A stretch of DNA of 64,000 bases from a candidate division FCPU426 bacterium (GCA_963738405.1 CAVTWJ010000022.1:96001-160000); one strand, 5' to 3'. Shown: positions 1 through 10,629, counted from the first letter of the stretch. Program-made: numbers and translations. Notes: generated by a model not told the origin, from the sequence alone.

Positions 1-626
1 CCACATACGAATATAATGCGGCCGCAAATCCCCGCCTGGACCTGACCCAAGCCCAATGGGCCGCCATTCCGATGGCCCCTTGGGATGTTGAAATTTTCAA
101 AAAACGGTTCCCATCAGCGGCCATGTATGACATTTCAAACGGTTTATACCGGGGCAATCATGATGGGATGCAGATGGCCGTTGTGCCCCTGAAGGGGGAG
201 GAGGGACGTATTTTGCGAGGCTGGGTCGGTATCCACAATCAAATCCAAGAACTATTTTCCGATTATCCATTCCATGTTCAAAACCCCTCTTACCGAAAGG
301 TCTTGGAAAGCTTGTGGCGTATCTACGATCAAACACCACAGGAACCTTTCCTCAAGAATTGTTTGATGGAAAAAATCATTTACTCGGCCTACCAAAGTTC
401 CGATTTAAACGGCGCCGAACCGCTGGCTCAGTTACCCGAATCCCAACTATGGCACCCCCGGTTTTTCAATCGATGTTATGCGGTCGTTTTCAACAAGTTA
501 GGCTTGTTACACATGCGATTAGGCCAGTACGCAGAAGCCCGAAAGCTATTTCTGCGGGCCGCAAAATTCGACCCGCAATTTCCACTTTATAAGGCGCTGG
601 CCCTCTTGAATAAAAATTCACATTAA
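1..626 (+). CDS. Partial CDS (5' end off window) with C-terminal TPR-like repeat
   Basis: Frame of ORF 72..626 is open back to the window edge; C-terminal FNKLGLLHMRLGQYAEARKLFLRAAKFDP fits the TPR consensus. Confidence 0.7.
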   Translation, partial: TYEYNAAANPRLDLTQAQWAAIPMAPWDVEIFKKRFPSAAMYDISNGLYRGNHDGMQMAVVPLKGEEGRILRGWVGIHNQIQELFSDYPFHVQNPSYRKVLESLWRIYDQTPQEPFLKNCLMEKIIYSAYQSSDLNGAEPLAQLPESQLWHPRFFNRCYAVVFNKLGLLHMRLGQYAEARKLFLRAAKFDPQFPLYKALALLNKNSH

Positions 627-789
627 CTATCAATCTTCGTACTTTTGACGATCGTTTCCCCCTATGAATCAAAAAGAGTTAAATGGTTATTCAAACATCC
701 TTCCGATTTTTGTCTTAAAATGCCTTCAGCTTTCGGGTTAGGCCATCAAAGGCTCGATAGCCGCAATAAATCGATGGAACAGGTTAGTA

Positions 790-2511
790 TTGAACATTCC
801 CCTCTCATCTCCCACAGCCTCAGAATCCCCAACGGGATCATTCCTTGACCGGTATCCCTTTTTCTGTTCAGTCCTTGTCATTACCATCGCTATGTGTTTT
901 CAGTTTTCCCTTTTCAGGCCTTATTTTCAGCTTAATGACGATACCTTCAAGGTTTTTTTCGCCCAAGGCGTCGGCACGAACCTGACTCCCAGCGAATACA
1001 TAGGGTATTCCAATTGCCTTTGGGGGTTTGTATTGAAGGCCCTCTATACCTATTTACCGGGTGTTGCCTGGTACGGAGTATTAATGCTCTGGACGCAGGC
1101 GCTATCGCTTCTCGCTTTTCTTTATGCCGCTCTTCTGACTCCTCATTCGCGCTTCAAGGCATGGGTGTTCGTCATCGCTTGGATAGGTTTTTACTTCGTG
1201 TTTTTCGCTAAAATTCAGTTTACCGCCACCTCCAGTTTGGCGGCCCAGGCCGGGATTTTCCTCGCGCTCAGCCTCTGGCAGGCCCCAAAAACATTTTCAC
1301 GACCCTACGGATGGTGGTTTTCCGGATTCCTGATATTCCTCTCGTCTCTCATTCGTTTGGAAGGATTCCTCATCACCTTTTTGATCGCCTTGCCCATTCT
1401 CGTTACCTTTATCAAAGACCCGTTCAGAAAAAAAAATCGGGTTATGAACCTATCCAAGTATATTTTTCTCCTGATCGTTTCAGGCTTGGTCCTGTTCGGC
1501 GTCCTTTTCAACTCTTACTGGTACGATCATGACCCGGGATGGCGGGCCTTCAATCAATTCGACAAAGAAAGGGTGGAATTTCAGGATTACCGCATCACCG
1601 AATACACTGATCGAACAAAACCCTATTTCGATTCTGTCGGCTGGACGCAAAACGACTACCGCATGTTTCTGAGCTGGTATTACACCGACGCGGAAGTCTT
1701 TAGCGCCGAAAAGGTCCGTGAGTTAAAATCTCACTTTCCCCGCATCGGTTCGGGCAACAAGACCATGTCTTACGAGTCAGTGACCCAATTCCTTTTCTCC
1801 TACGGCGGAAAGGCCTTCCTGGCGTTTTACCTGGCGCTACTTCTCTTCGTTCCGCTCCCTTCCTTACGGATATTGCTCTTCCAATTGGGTTTGTTTTTAG
1901 GCTTCTTCGCCTTCCTGATTTACTTCTTCCGGGCTCCCGATCACGTGGTCGTTCCGCTTCTGGTCCTGCTCCTGAACACCGCCATCTACCACACCTCGGC
2001 CGATATCAACGACTTCATTCCCGCCAGGCGGAATTGGAAACTCTTGACCGGAATGGTTTTTCTCGCCGTGATCGCCTCATCCGATCTTTATGCCCTAAAG
2101 CATTTTCACCAAGAGAACCTTCACAACCAGGAAGAGGAAAGGACCCTAAACGATTATGTCCGTCGTTTGAATCCCAGCGATGGCCAGCTTTATGTCATTT
2201 CCAATTTTCCATACGAGCTTTTTGACGGGCTGGACAACTTTCTGGTTTTTAAAAGTTTCCACATCTTCGAAATGGCCGTTTATGGGCGCAGTCCGGTTGC
2301 GAGCAAAATGATGGACCATTTCCATGTGAAGGACCTACTGATGGATATCGTGGACAAACCAAACATGTTCCTGGTTTGCACAGGGGAGGAAGGAATGATG
2401 TACCAAACTTACATGAAGGAAAAACGCCAAATGACCGTTTATCCCGAGCTTTATTTCAATTGTCCCTATTTCAAGGTTTATCGAATCCACTCAAAGAGGG
2501 TTATTCAATAG
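790..2511 (+). CDS. Polytopic membrane protein, GT-C-fold glycosyltransferase-like (paralog of 2607..4352)
   Basis: Many hydrophobic TM segments, acidic NDDT motif after TM1, soluble C-terminal domain; TTG start uncertain. Confidence 0.7.
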   Translation: MNIPLSSPTASESPTGSFLDRYPFFCSVLVITIAMCFQFSLFRPYFQLNDDTFKVFFAQGVGTNLTPSEYIGYSNCLWGFVLKALYTYLPGVAWYGVLMLWTQALSLLAFLYAALLTPHSRFKAWVFVIAWIGFYFVFFAKIQFTATSSLAAQAGIFLALSLWQAPKTFSRPYGWWFSGFLIFLSSLIRLEGFLITFLIALPILVTFIKDPFRKKNRVMNLSKYIFLLIVSGLVLFGVLFNSYWYDHDPGWRAFNQFDKERVEFQDYRITEYTDRTKPYFDSVGWTQNDYRMFLSWYYTDAEVFSAEKVRELKSHFPRIGSGNKTMSYESVTQFLFSYGGKAFLAFYLALLLFVPLPSLRILLFQLGLFLGFFAFLIYFFRAPDHVVVPLLVLLLNTAIYHTSADINDFIPARRNWKLLTGMVFLAVIASSDLYALKHFHQENLHNQEEERTLNDYVRRLNPSDGQLYVISNFPYELFDGLDNFLVFKSFHIFEMAVYGRSPVASKMMDHFHVKDLLMDIVDKPNMFLVCTGEEGMMYQTYMKEKRQMTVYPELYFNCPYFKVYRIHSKRVIQ

Positions 2512-2606
2512 TCAGGCTCTTGGGATATTCGCGCCCTTTGCGCCAGGAAGATGTTTTCTTTAGTTAAAGCTATCAAAAATCCAAGCCTTGACAAAGCCAC
2601 ATGACT

Positions 2607-4352
2607 TTAACTCTTCACCGAAAGAATCTTGTAGGCTGAAAAGAAGGGGCTTTCAAAAGTCTTCTCGAAACCCACTTCCATATTGTACTTTTCCCTCATG
2701 TGAGTCTTGTACATCTCCATCTCATAGGGGGTGCAGACCAGCAGGAGGTGGGGATTATCCACCAAGTCGTGGAACAGATCCTTCACGCCAAAACGGTTCA
2801 TCATGGCCTGGGTGGTCGGGGACCTTTGAAACCAAGCCAAGGTAATAATGTTGAAATGCTGGAACATGTCGTAATTATCGAAAGTGCCGATGATTTCATA
2901 GGGAAAAGCTGAATCCCAAAGGGTATAGAGCTGGTCATCCTGGGGATGAAAACTGTCCATGGCATACTTGAAGTTCTGTTCATATTTAGTCCACTGTCGG
3001 TTTTTGGCGTATTCCTTCTGAATAAAATTAATCGAGTAAAGCGACAAGAGGATTAAAAGGACCACCCCGGCGGTCCAAGACCAGGAAAACTCCCTCTTTT
3101 GCCCTGGTATGTTTTTGGTTTTAGAGACCGCGAAAAAAACAGCCCCATACATCAGAAAAAGGATGGAAGGTAAGGCTATTCTTTCCGGAATTTTCAGGTA
3201 CAGCATCAGGAAAAGCAGGACTAAAAAGACCCAGAGGGTGTTCAAAGCGATGAGTCGAAAGGCCTTGGCGGGCAAAAAACACAAAAAGGCCAGAAAAAAC
3301 AGCGAAACGATCTGAACCGATGGATATGAAAACACCACGCTAAAGGAAGAGTCGTAATGCTTGTTGAGCATGAATTTGGGGAAATAATCGTTCAGCTTTT
3401 GAAGCTTCTCACAGCTGTAGATGTCTTTATCCATGAAATACCAGCCCTGAAACATGTCCAGGTCGTTTCTCGTCCATCCCACTGAATCAAAAACAGGCTT
3501 TGAGGCCTCGTCATAAACCGGGCTGCGGGCCTCATGAAGCTCGAAATGTTGGTTGAAAAAATTGATCGAATCCACCCATCCCTGATCCTTATGGTAAGTG
3601 AAGTAATCCGCGCCGATGCACAAAAGGATGATGGCGGCTGTAGCCGCCAAAAAGCGAAACACCGGCCAGCGGATAATGATTTTTCCATTTTTCCAAACAA
3701 GGGTGAACAAAACCGGCAGGGCCACGAATACTACAAGAAAAATGGTCGAAAAGCGGATCAGGGCCGAAAAAAGAAAACAAACAAAGGCCAAAGCCAGGGC
3801 TTTTTTGAGATGTTTCGGATTCTCCTCCCGCCAAAGGCTCATGATCAGGAAAAGCCCTCCGGTCGCGGCCAGGGAGGCGGTGGTGGTCCATTGAAGCTCG
3901 GAAAAATAGTAAAAGTTGATGGCGATCGTCGAAATCAGGAACAAAAAAAATTTCAAAATGGGGTAGGGCCCCATTTGGAGCGAAACGGCAATGGCCCAGA
4001 GGGCCAGGAATTGGGTCAGGACTAGAAAACCGCCGTACCATTGAAACGAGGGGAAATAGACGTAAAGGTATTTAATGACCAGGCATAGCAAAAGGTTTTC
4101 ACGCTGGTTCATTTCACTGGGAGAGGGCACCATCCCGACACCCCGAAACAGCAGTTGGACAAAGGTATCGTCGTTGAATTGGTAATGGGTCCGGAAAAAC
4201 ATTAACACCAACATCCAGAAGAAGGAGATGCAGACAAAAGAGCTGAAAAAGGGTTTTTGCGCGAAAAAATCCAGAAAACTTGAGCTTTCCCCCGTTGCGG
4301 CGGAGGGATGGTTCGACGGGCTTGGATTATTTTTTGGATTGGATGGATTCAC
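2607..4352 (-). CDS. Polytopic membrane protein, GT-C-fold glycosyltransferase-like (paralog of 790..2511)
   Basis: Shares NDDT, WYG, KPxFDSVGWTxND, FPYE, VKDL and LVCT motifs with 790..2511. Confidence 0.7.
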   Translation of the reverse strand: MNPSNPKNNPSPSNHPSAATGESSSFLDFFAQKPFFSSFVCISFFWMLVLMFFRTHYQFNDDTFVQLLFRGVGMVPSPSEMNQRENLLLCLVIKYLYVYFPSFQWYGGFLVLTQFLALWAIAVSLQMGPYPILKFFLFLISTIAINFYYFSELQWTTTASLAATGGLFLIMSLWREENPKHLKKALALAFVCFLFSALIRFSTIFLVVFVALPVLFTLVWKNGKIIIRWPVFRFLAATAAIILLCIGADYFTYHKDQGWVDSINFFNQHFELHEARSPVYDEASKPVFDSVGWTRNDLDMFQGWYFMDKDIYSCEKLQKLNDYFPKFMLNKHYDSSFSVVFSYPSVQIVSLFFLAFLCFLPAKAFRLIALNTLWVFLVLLFLMLYLKIPERIALPSILFLMYGAVFFAVSKTKNIPGQKREFSWSWTAGVVLLILLSLYSINFIQKEYAKNRQWTKYEQNFKYAMDSFHPQDDQLYTLWDSAFPYEIIGTFDNYDMFQHFNIITLAWFQRSPTTQAMMNRFGVKDLFHDLVDNPHLLLVCTPYEMEMYKTHMREKYNMEVGFEKTFESPFFSAYKILSVKS

Positions 4353-4472
4353 GAACAGGTTTCCTTCAAGGATATTTTTTTAATGAATACTCGCGCGTCC
4401 AAACCACAATGGGCCAAAATCCTAACATTGATTCTTTTAACTTACTGTTCAAAATATTCTGGTTTTTGGGTC

Positions 4473-4859
4473 TCAAGCTGGTTCGCCCGGCAAGCCAGGT
4501 AAATAGGCATCCAGGGCTGATAGAAATTTCATAATATTACGCCGGTTTTGGCCAAAGTCCCCTTTTCCGGCCCTGGACCGGGAGGTAATCTCCAGAGTGG
4601 TGATTCCATCCTGACCCTGGACGACATAGAGATCCACCGATTCCCCCAGACCCATGAAGCCCCTTCGTTCCACCTGAAGTCTGCCCTGTATCTCGTGATG
4701 TTTTTCAATTTTCCATCCCGGAAGTTTTTGAAGAACAGTTTGGACCGAAGCCAAAACCTCTTCCCGGGTCTTGGCGTAGCGGCGGGGCCTAAAAAAAGGG
4801 TCTGGGTCCCTCGGAGAAGTGACGTAATAGTTTTTGCCGAACCAGTCTTTGAAGCCCAT
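4473..4859 (-). CDS. Small conserved protein, DUF1499-like
   Basis: C-terminal SRSRxGKGDFGQNRRNI resembles the DUF1499 SxSRxGxxDxGxNxxRI motif; overlaps the upstream stop codon. Confidence 0.65.
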   Translation of the reverse strand: MGFKDWFGKNYYVTSPRDPDPFFRPRRYAKTREEVLASVQTVLQKLPGWKIEKHHEIQGRLQVERRGFMGLGESVDLYVVQGQDGITTLEITSRSRAGKGDFGQNRRNIMKFLSALDAYLPGLPGEPA

Positions 4860-5734
4860 TAAGCCCTCGATTCGGGTTTGGCTGCCATCGAGTCCAAAAC
4901 AACCGGAGTCGGCACGCCCCCCTCCATCACCACGCGGGATTTTAAAGAATCGGCGCTGATTTTCCCCAGGGCTTCCGCCATCTTATCGGCTTGGCCCACG
5001 AGAGCCTGGGTGGATTCCACCCCCGCCTCAAAAATTCTTAGGGTATTTTCCACGTCATGGTGGAGCCGCAAGGCGATCAGCAGAGCTGTCAAACCTTTGA
5101 GATCCAACGGAATCAAGCGGTGTTCCTTAAAAGCCGAGACCCAATCCCCATGGGCTTGAAACTCTTTCAACTGGCTTTCTTTGGGAAAGTAGGCCAAACA
5201 ACCCGTTCCATTCTCAGGGATAGGCCCTTCTAACAATTTTCGATAAACAGCCTTTATGGTTTCATCGTTCAGGAGTTCCCCTTCCACAAGTGCTTCCCGG
5301 CAGGGTAGATCGCCCAAGGGGGTTTTGAACACCAGCATTTTATCCGTGACGGATTGGAAATGTTCCGGGGACAGGTAAAGTGCCGCCCTTTCCTGAAGCG
5401 TCATGGAACGGGCAAGGGGCTTGATGCCTAAAGCCAGGTTTTCCCGTACTTCCCTCAGGTTCTTGACGCCCTGGGGTAAGCGACCCGCCTCCAACCTTAA
5501 GTCGAGCAATTCATGCTGGGCGGTTCCCAAAGGAGATTCGATTTTTTCAATGAAAGCTTCCAGTTTGGTTTGGGAGGACTGAAGCCACTGGTCCGCGAGC
5601 CGGAATTCCGGGCGCGGGACCTCGATGGATTTTTCCTGCCGGGCTTTCTTGGAAGCCATGACGGAAAAGACCCCGCCTAAAACCCAAAGGACCAACAAAA
5701 TGCCGCCTACGATCACGACCATCCCAAAATCCAT
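4859..5734 (-). CDS. Membrane-anchored coiled-coil protein, degenerate RmuC-like
   Basis: N-terminal TM, coiled coil, C-terminal LAYFPKE...RLIPLDLKGLTALLIAL resembling the RmuC C-terminal region; GGGAGG RBS. Confidence 0.5.
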   Translation of the reverse strand: MDFGMVVIVGGILLVLWVLGGVFSVMASKKARQEKSIEVPRPEFRLADQWLQSSQTKLEAFIEKIESPLGTAQHELLDLRLEAGRLPQGVKNLREVRENLALGIKPLARSMTLQERAALYLSPEHFQSVTDKMLVFKTPLGDLPCREALVEGELLNDETIKAVYRKLLEGPIPENGTGCLAYFPKESQLKEFQAHGDWVSAFKEHRLIPLDLKGLTALLIALRLHHDVENTLRIFEAGVESTQALVGQADKMAEALGKISADSLKSRVVMEGGVPTPVVLDSMAAKPESRA

Positions 5735-5831
5735 TTCTTCCTCCCGAAGGCCGACATTATAGTCACCTGTCCCCTTAAAAAAGAGGGTCTCAAGGTGTGA
5801 TTTAGGTCATTTTGTGTGGGATTTCATCGCC

Positions 5832-5837
5832 TATAAT
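5832..5837 (+). promoter_or_regulatory. Sigma70 -10 box, probable leaderless promoter
   Basis: TATAAT followed by 6 nt and the ATG at 5844, no Shine-Dalgarno. Confidence 0.55.
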
Positions 5838-5843
5838 CCCCCT

Positions 5844-6626
5844 ATGGTCGAAAAATCTTTTTTCCAAAAGAATTATAAGAAACTCCTGCTCATCCCCCTT
5901 GTCGTTGTAACCCTTTTCCTTTTTTCTTATTTTAAATCCCTCAGCAACCAGGCCCATCCCAAGTGGGGGCCCATGGTCGAAGCCGTTTACGGCATCGGCA
6001 CCGTCACCGCCCGCCACACCTACGACATGAAGCTGGGTGTATCCGATACACTCGAAAAACTCTATGTCAGCGAGGGGGATTCGGTGAAAAGGGGGCAAGC
6101 CTTGCTGGCCCTGGCCGATGGCCGCACCCTTCGGGCGCCCTTTGATGGAGTGGTCACTTCACTTCCCTTTAAGGAAGGCGAGACGGTATTTCCAGAAATA
6201 TCGCTTCTTACCCTGACGGATATGAATAACCCCTATGTGGTCGTTTCCCTTGAACAATCGGGCGCAATCAAGGTTAAGGCGGGCCAGACCGCCGTGTTGA
6301 GTTACGAAACCATCCGCGACCAAAAAACCGAAGGCAAAGTTTCATCCATTTATCCCAAAGACAGCCAATTTTTCGTCAACATCGAAGTCAACTCCCTCCC
6401 TCCTGGCATTCTGGTTGGCATGACCCCCGATGTGGCCATCCAGGTGGGAAGCAAAGATAAGGTTTTGCAAATCCCCTTAAAGGCCGTGATTCAGGGGAAG
6501 ATCAAAGTATTGAAGGGGATTTTCACCCGAGATATTCCAGTCAAATTGGGAATCAGCAACGGAGATTGGGTGGAAGTCACCGACAACAGCCTGCAGGGGG
6601 ATGAAACCCTGATTTTGCCCAAGTAA
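5844..6626 (+). CDS. Efflux periplasmic adaptor (MacA/HlyD-like membrane fusion protein)
   Basis: N-terminal TM, lipoyl-like VSEGDSVKRGQAL...RAPFDGVV, GMT motif; directly precedes ABC permease. Confidence 0.85.
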   Translation: MVEKSFFQKNYKKLLLIPLVVVTLFLFSYFKSLSNQAHPKWGPMVEAVYGIGTVTARHTYDMKLGVSDTLEKLYVSEGDSVKRGQALLALADGRTLRAPFDGVVTSLPFKEGETVFPEISLLTLTDMNNPYVVVSLEQSGAIKVKAGQTAVLSYETIRDQKTEGKVSSIYPKDSQFFVNIEVNSLPPGILVGMTPDVAIQVGSKDKVLQIPLKAVIQGKIKVLKGIFTRDIPVKLGISNGDWVEVTDNSLQGDETLILPK

Positions 6627-6628
6627 CA

Positions 6629-7873
6629 ATGATCTTTCTCGCCATCCGCCAACTCTTATCCCGCCCCTGGCAAACCCTTTTGGCTCTGGGTGGCATTACC
6701 CTGGGGGCCGCGGCCTTTTTGGTGATCTCCGGCATCATGCTGGGCTTCCGCCAACTTTTCATCAACCAGCTCATCAACGCCACCGCCCATGTCAGCATCT
6801 CCGCCGAGGCGGAGGATATTACCGACCATTCTCTCGATTCCGCTTTCTTTCCCGGCTCCCTGGTCAGTTGGGTGGTCCCTCCCGTGGCCCGGGATGAAAG
6901 CCCCCATCTCGAAAACCCGCAAGGGTGGTACGACCTTTTGGATTCGGATTCCGACGTTTTGGCCTATTCTCCCCAATACACCGCCCAGGTGCTCCTGGCC
7001 CGCACCAAGCTTTCCCGGCCCACCCGCCTCATAGGAGTCGAGGCCGCCAAACAGGTCGCCGCTACCGACATCGTCAGTGATATGAAAGAGGGCGACTTTA
7101 TGGACCTCGGCCGGGGCGGTTTCCAGATCGCCCTTGGGACAGGCCTGGCCCAAAAGCTGGGGGTTCGCCGCCTGGATACCATCACCGTTTTGGATTCTCG
7201 GGGACAGGCCTATCCCGCCAAGGTGGCGGGTTTTTTCCAGACCGGGGTCGTGGATATCGACGACACCACCGCCTACGGTCCTCTCTACTTCGTCCAGCAG
7301 GTGGGCCAGGCGCCGGGCGAAATTTCGCAAATATCGGTGCGGTTGAAAAATCCGGATAACGCCCATGCCGCCGCGGACCGCTGGTCGAGGTTCGGAAATG
7401 AGAAGGTGCAAAGTTGGGACCAAGCCAACGCCAGCTTCATGGGCGTCTTCAAGATGCAGGATATGGTGCGGTTTATTGTTTGTTTCGTCATCCTTACCGT
7501 GGCGGCCTTCGGCATTTACAACATCCTCAATAACATGGTCAACCAGAAGAGGGGCGAGATCGCCATTCTTCGTTCCATGGGCTACAGCTCGGGGGAAATC
7601 GTCCGGCTTTTCCTTTTCCAGGGAATCCTCTTAGGAACTATCGGTGGTGTGGCGGGTCTTATCATCGGAACCCTGGGCTGTCTCTATCTTCAAACCATAC
7701 AGATTGGGTCCGTCGGGGTGGTTACGGTGGACCATATGCTGATCGCTTGGAAGCCCGTCAATTATCTGATTTCCTTCTCTATGGCCCTGACCTCGGGGGT
7801 AGTGGCGGGTTATTTCCCGGCAAGGGCCGCCGGAAAAATGTCCCCTATTGATATCCTCCGGGCGGAGGGCTGA
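6629..7873 (+). CDS. ABC transporter permease, FtsX/LolE/MacB family
   Basis: N-terminal TM, periplasmic domain, KRGEIAILRSMG motif, PARAAGKMSPIDILR C-terminus. Confidence 0.92.
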   Translation: MIFLAIRQLLSRPWQTLLALGGITLGAAAFLVISGIMLGFRQLFINQLINATAHVSISAEAEDITDHSLDSAFFPGSLVSWVVPPVARDESPHLENPQGWYDLLDSDSDVLAYSPQYTAQVLLARTKLSRPTRLIGVEAAKQVAATDIVSDMKEGDFMDLGRGGFQIALGTGLAQKLGVRRLDTITVLDSRGQAYPAKVAGFFQTGVVDIDDTTAYGPLYFVQQVGQAPGEISQISVRLKNPDNAHAAADRWSRFGNEKVQSWDQANASFMGVFKMQDMVRFIVCFVILTVAAFGIYNILNNMVNQKRGEIAILRSMGYSSGEIVRLFLFQGILLGTIGGVAGLIIGTLGCLYLQTIQIGSVGVVTVDHMLIAWKPVNYLISFSMALTSGVVAGYFPARAAGKMSPIDILRAEG

Positions 7874-7874
7874 T

Positions 7875-8546
7875 ATGGGCCTGATTCTCAAGGATATCCG
7901 TAAATCTTTCGGCCAGCCTCCCACCCATGTTTTAAAAGGCATTTCTTTTAATGTTCAGGACGGTGAGTTTGTAGCCCTGACGGGCCGGTCGGGGTCGGGA
8001 AAAAGCACCCTTCTTTACATCATCAGCAGTCTGGACCCGCCTTCCAGCGGAAGCCTGAAAATGGACGGTCATGAAGTGGCATCCATGACGCCTGAGGAGA
8101 TCAACCTTTTCCGCAACCAGCACGTGGGTTTTGTTTTTCAGTTTCACTATCTTCTGCCGGAACTGACCTGTCTGGAAAATATACTCATGCCCGCCCGAAA
8201 GGTCGGCCGCCAAGAAACCATGAAAAAAGAGGCGCTCGCATTGATGCGGGATTTCGAGGTGGAGCACGTGAAAAACAACCCTCCCGGAAAGGTCTCCGGG
8301 GGCGAGCGCCAGAGGGTGGCCATTGCCCGGGCGCTCCTGATGAGGCCCCGGTATCTTTTCGCGGATGAACCCACCGGCAATCTGGATTCCACCAGCGGGG
8401 AAAAAGTCATGAAGATTTTTGAGAAGGTTAACCGGCGGGACAAAACCACCGTCGTTATGGTCACCCACGACCAGGGTTACGCCCTCAGGGCCAAACGACG
8501 GATTGGCTTAGTGGACGGCGAGGTGGATTTCGACCGGAAAAGTTAA
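7875..8546 (+). CDS. ABC transporter ATP-binding protein, LolD/MacB-like
   Basis: Walker [18 protein letters not shown], signature [20 protein letters not shown]. Confidence 0.95.
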   Translation: MGLILKDIRKSFGQPPTHVLKGISFNVQDGEFVALTGRSGSGKSTLLYIISSLDPPSSGSLKMDGHEVASMTPEEINLFRNQHVGFVFQFHYLLPELTCLENILMPARKVGRQETMKKEALALMRDFEVEHVKNNPPGKVSGGERQRVAIARALLMRPRYLFADEPTGNLDSTSGEKVMKIFEKVNRRDKTTVVMVTHDQGYALRAKRRIGLVDGEVDFDRKS

Positions 8547-9610
8547 ATCCGCACTGGTTCGTATTTGTGTTTATGGCGGTAAGGCGAGTTTTCAGCTTGG
8601 CGTGCAATTTTGGCCATCATCTCGACCGTTTCGGCAGGGTAATCGCCGATGGCGGTTTCTTCGGAAAGCATAATGGCGCCCGTGCCGTCGAAAACCGCGT
8701 TGGCCACATCAGTAGCTTCCGCCCGGGTGGGGCGGATGTTTTTCACCATGGATTCCAGCATCTGGGTGGCGGTAATGACGGGTTTTTCAGCCCGGTTAGC
8801 CTTGTGGATTAGCATCTTCTGGGCTTCGGGCACATTTTCGATGGGGATTTGGACTCCCAAGTCACCCCTTGCCACCATCAGGCCATCGGCGGCTTTCAGG
8901 ATCGAATCGATGTTTTTCAGAGCTTCCTGTCGCTCGATCTTGGCAATGAACCTCACCGAGCGTCCCCTTCCCCCAGCCGCCTTTTTGACCTTAACGATGT
9001 CCGCGGCCTTCTCTACAAAGGAAAGTCCGTATAGATCCACCCCGTGGTTCAAACCAAATTCGAGGGATTTAAAATCCTGATCGGTGACCGGTTCCACGAA
9101 AAGCCGGGCGTTGGGAAGATTGAGTCCCTTGAAGGAATAGAGGGTGCCACCCACGGCCACTTCGCAATTCACTTCCGCGCCCTTGATGGATAAAACACTT
9201 AGTTGGATGAATCCGTCATTGAGATAAACCAACCCGCCCTTTTTGACGCTGGCCGTTAATTTCTCGTAATTGACCGGCAAAAGCCTTTCGGTTCCCAAGA
9301 CCTCACGAGTGGTCAAGGTTACCCTGCTTCCCTTTTTTAATTGAATGGGTTCGGTTTTGAGTTTTCCCAGGCGGATCTTGGGGCCCGGCAAGTCGATGAG
9401 GATTTGGACTTTGTAGCCGGTCTTTTCAGCGATGCGCCGGATATGGCGGATATCCTCGCCATGTTCGGAAAAGGTACCGTGGGCAAAATTGAGCCGGGCC
9501 ACCTTCATCCCGGCTTTCATCATGCGGATCAGGATTTTTTCGGGCCGTGAAGCGGGCCCGATCGTGCAGACAATGGCCGTCTTAAGTTTGTTCGCTTTTT
9601 TCATATCCAT
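8543..9610 (-). CDS. pyk: Pyruvate kinase, short form lacking the C-terminal domain
   Basis: [60 protein letters not shown]. Confidence 0.95.
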   Translation of the reverse strand: MDMKKANKLKTAIVCTIGPASRPEKILIRMMKAGMKVARLNFAHGTFSEHGEDIRHIRRIAEKTGYKVQILIDLPGPKIRLGKLKTEPIQLKKGSRVTLTTREVLGTERLLPVNYEKLTASVKKGGLVYLNDGFIQLSVLSIKGAEVNCEVAVGGTLYSFKGLNLPNARLFVEPVTDQDFKSLEFGLNHGVDLYGLSFVEKAADIVKVKKAAGGRGRSVRFIAKIERQEALKNIDSILKAADGLMVARGDLGVQIPIENVPEAQKMLIHKANRAEKPVITATQMLESMVKNIRPTRAEATDVANAVFDGTGAIMLSEETAIGDYPAETVEMMAKIARQAENSPYRHKHKYEPVRI

Positions 9611-9618
9611 CTCAATAT

Positions 9619-10521
9619 CTAAGGTTCGATATAACCCAATCGCCTCATGAAATTCTCATCTTTTCGCCAGTTTTTCAAAACCTTCACCCACAATTCCAAG
9701 TAAACCTTTTGGTCCAGCATTTTTTCGATTTCCTGCCGGGCTGCCGTCCCAAGGGCCTTCAACTGGGCGCCCTTGGCGCCGATGATGATTCCCTTTTGAC
9801 TGTCTTTTTCGACGTAAATCGTGGCCTGAATCATGACGGGCTCGGGTTTTTCCCGTTCTTCGTATTTCTCAATCTGAACCGCCACCCCAAATGGCACTTC
9901 CAGCTTCAATTGGAGGAAGCATTGCTCCCTAATCAATTCCGAGGCGATTTCCCGCATGGTTTTATCCGTCAATTCATCCTCAGAAAACAAAGCGGACTGG
10001 TGTGGAAGGTGTTTTTTAATTTCCTCGATAACCTTGGAAACCCCCTCATCTTTGAGAGCCGAAACGCTGAAGGTCTGCCAAGACCCCAGTTCCTGCGCCA
10101 CCTTACCCGTTAACAGATTCAAGGTGTCCACCGAAACCAAGTCGGTCTTGTTCAGGATAACCCAAACGGGCTTTTTATATTCTTGGAGCCATTTAGCCAC
10201 CAGCCGGTCCTCATCCTTGATGCCTTCCTGGGCATCGATGAGAAATAAGGCGGCGTCCGACCCCTTTAGGACTTCCTCCACCACTGAAATCATGTAATGG
10301 GCCAGTTTGTTTTTTGGCTGGTGAATGCCGGGCGTATCGTAAAAGACGATCTGTGAATCGGCATCCTGGAAGATGCCCGCCATAGAACCCCGGGTGGTTT
10401 GGGGTTTGGGCGAAACAATGGCCAGCTTTTGACCCAGGGCAGAATTCAGAAAGGTTGACTTACCGACGTTGGGCTTTCCCAGGACCGCCACCGCGCCACA
10501 GACAAAGCCTGAATCAACCAT
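9619..10521 (-). CDS. era: GTPase Era
   Basis: [24 protein letters not shown] domain SQKGIIIG; start placed at ATG 10521 because the upstream extension is a palindromic element. Confidence 0.97.
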   Translation of the reverse strand: MVDSGFVCGAVAVLGKPNVGKSTFLNSALGQKLAIVSPKPQTTRGSMAGIFQDADSQIVFYDTPGIHQPKNKLAHYMISVVEEVLKGSDAALFLIDAQEGIKDEDRLVAKWLQEYKKPVWVILNKTDLVSVDTLNLLTGKVAQELGSWQTFSVSALKDEGVSKVIEEIKKHLPHQSALFSEDELTDKTMREIASELIREQCFLQLKLEVPFGVAVQIEKYEEREKPEPVMIQATIYVEKDSQKGIIIGAKGAQLKALGTAARQEIEKMLDQKVYLELWVKVLKNWRKDENFMRRLGYIEP

Positions 10522-10527
10522 TTTTTT

Positions 10528-10629
10528 GCCACAGATGCATGGGATACATGGGATAAAAACAAGAAAACCAATTGTTATTACTTTTTTTAAATTCACTTTT
10601 CATCTGTGTGCATCCTATGAATCCGTGGC
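10528..10629. repeat. MITE-like palindromic element with about 9-nt periodic arms
   Basis: Left arm GCCACAGAT-GCATGGGAT-ACATGGGAT, AT-rich spacer, right arm ATCTGTGTGC-ATCCTATGA-ATCCGTGGC (imperfect inverted repeats). Confidence 0.75.

Noticed and set aside
645..848. 67-aa ORF between the first two genes
   Set aside because: No motif or RBS, and it overlaps the next CDS; likely intergenic noise
10522..10596. Cys-rich, lipoprotein-like N-terminal extension on Era
   Set aside because: It is the translation of the periodic repeat arm (IPCIPCIC); Era homology starts at ATG 10521
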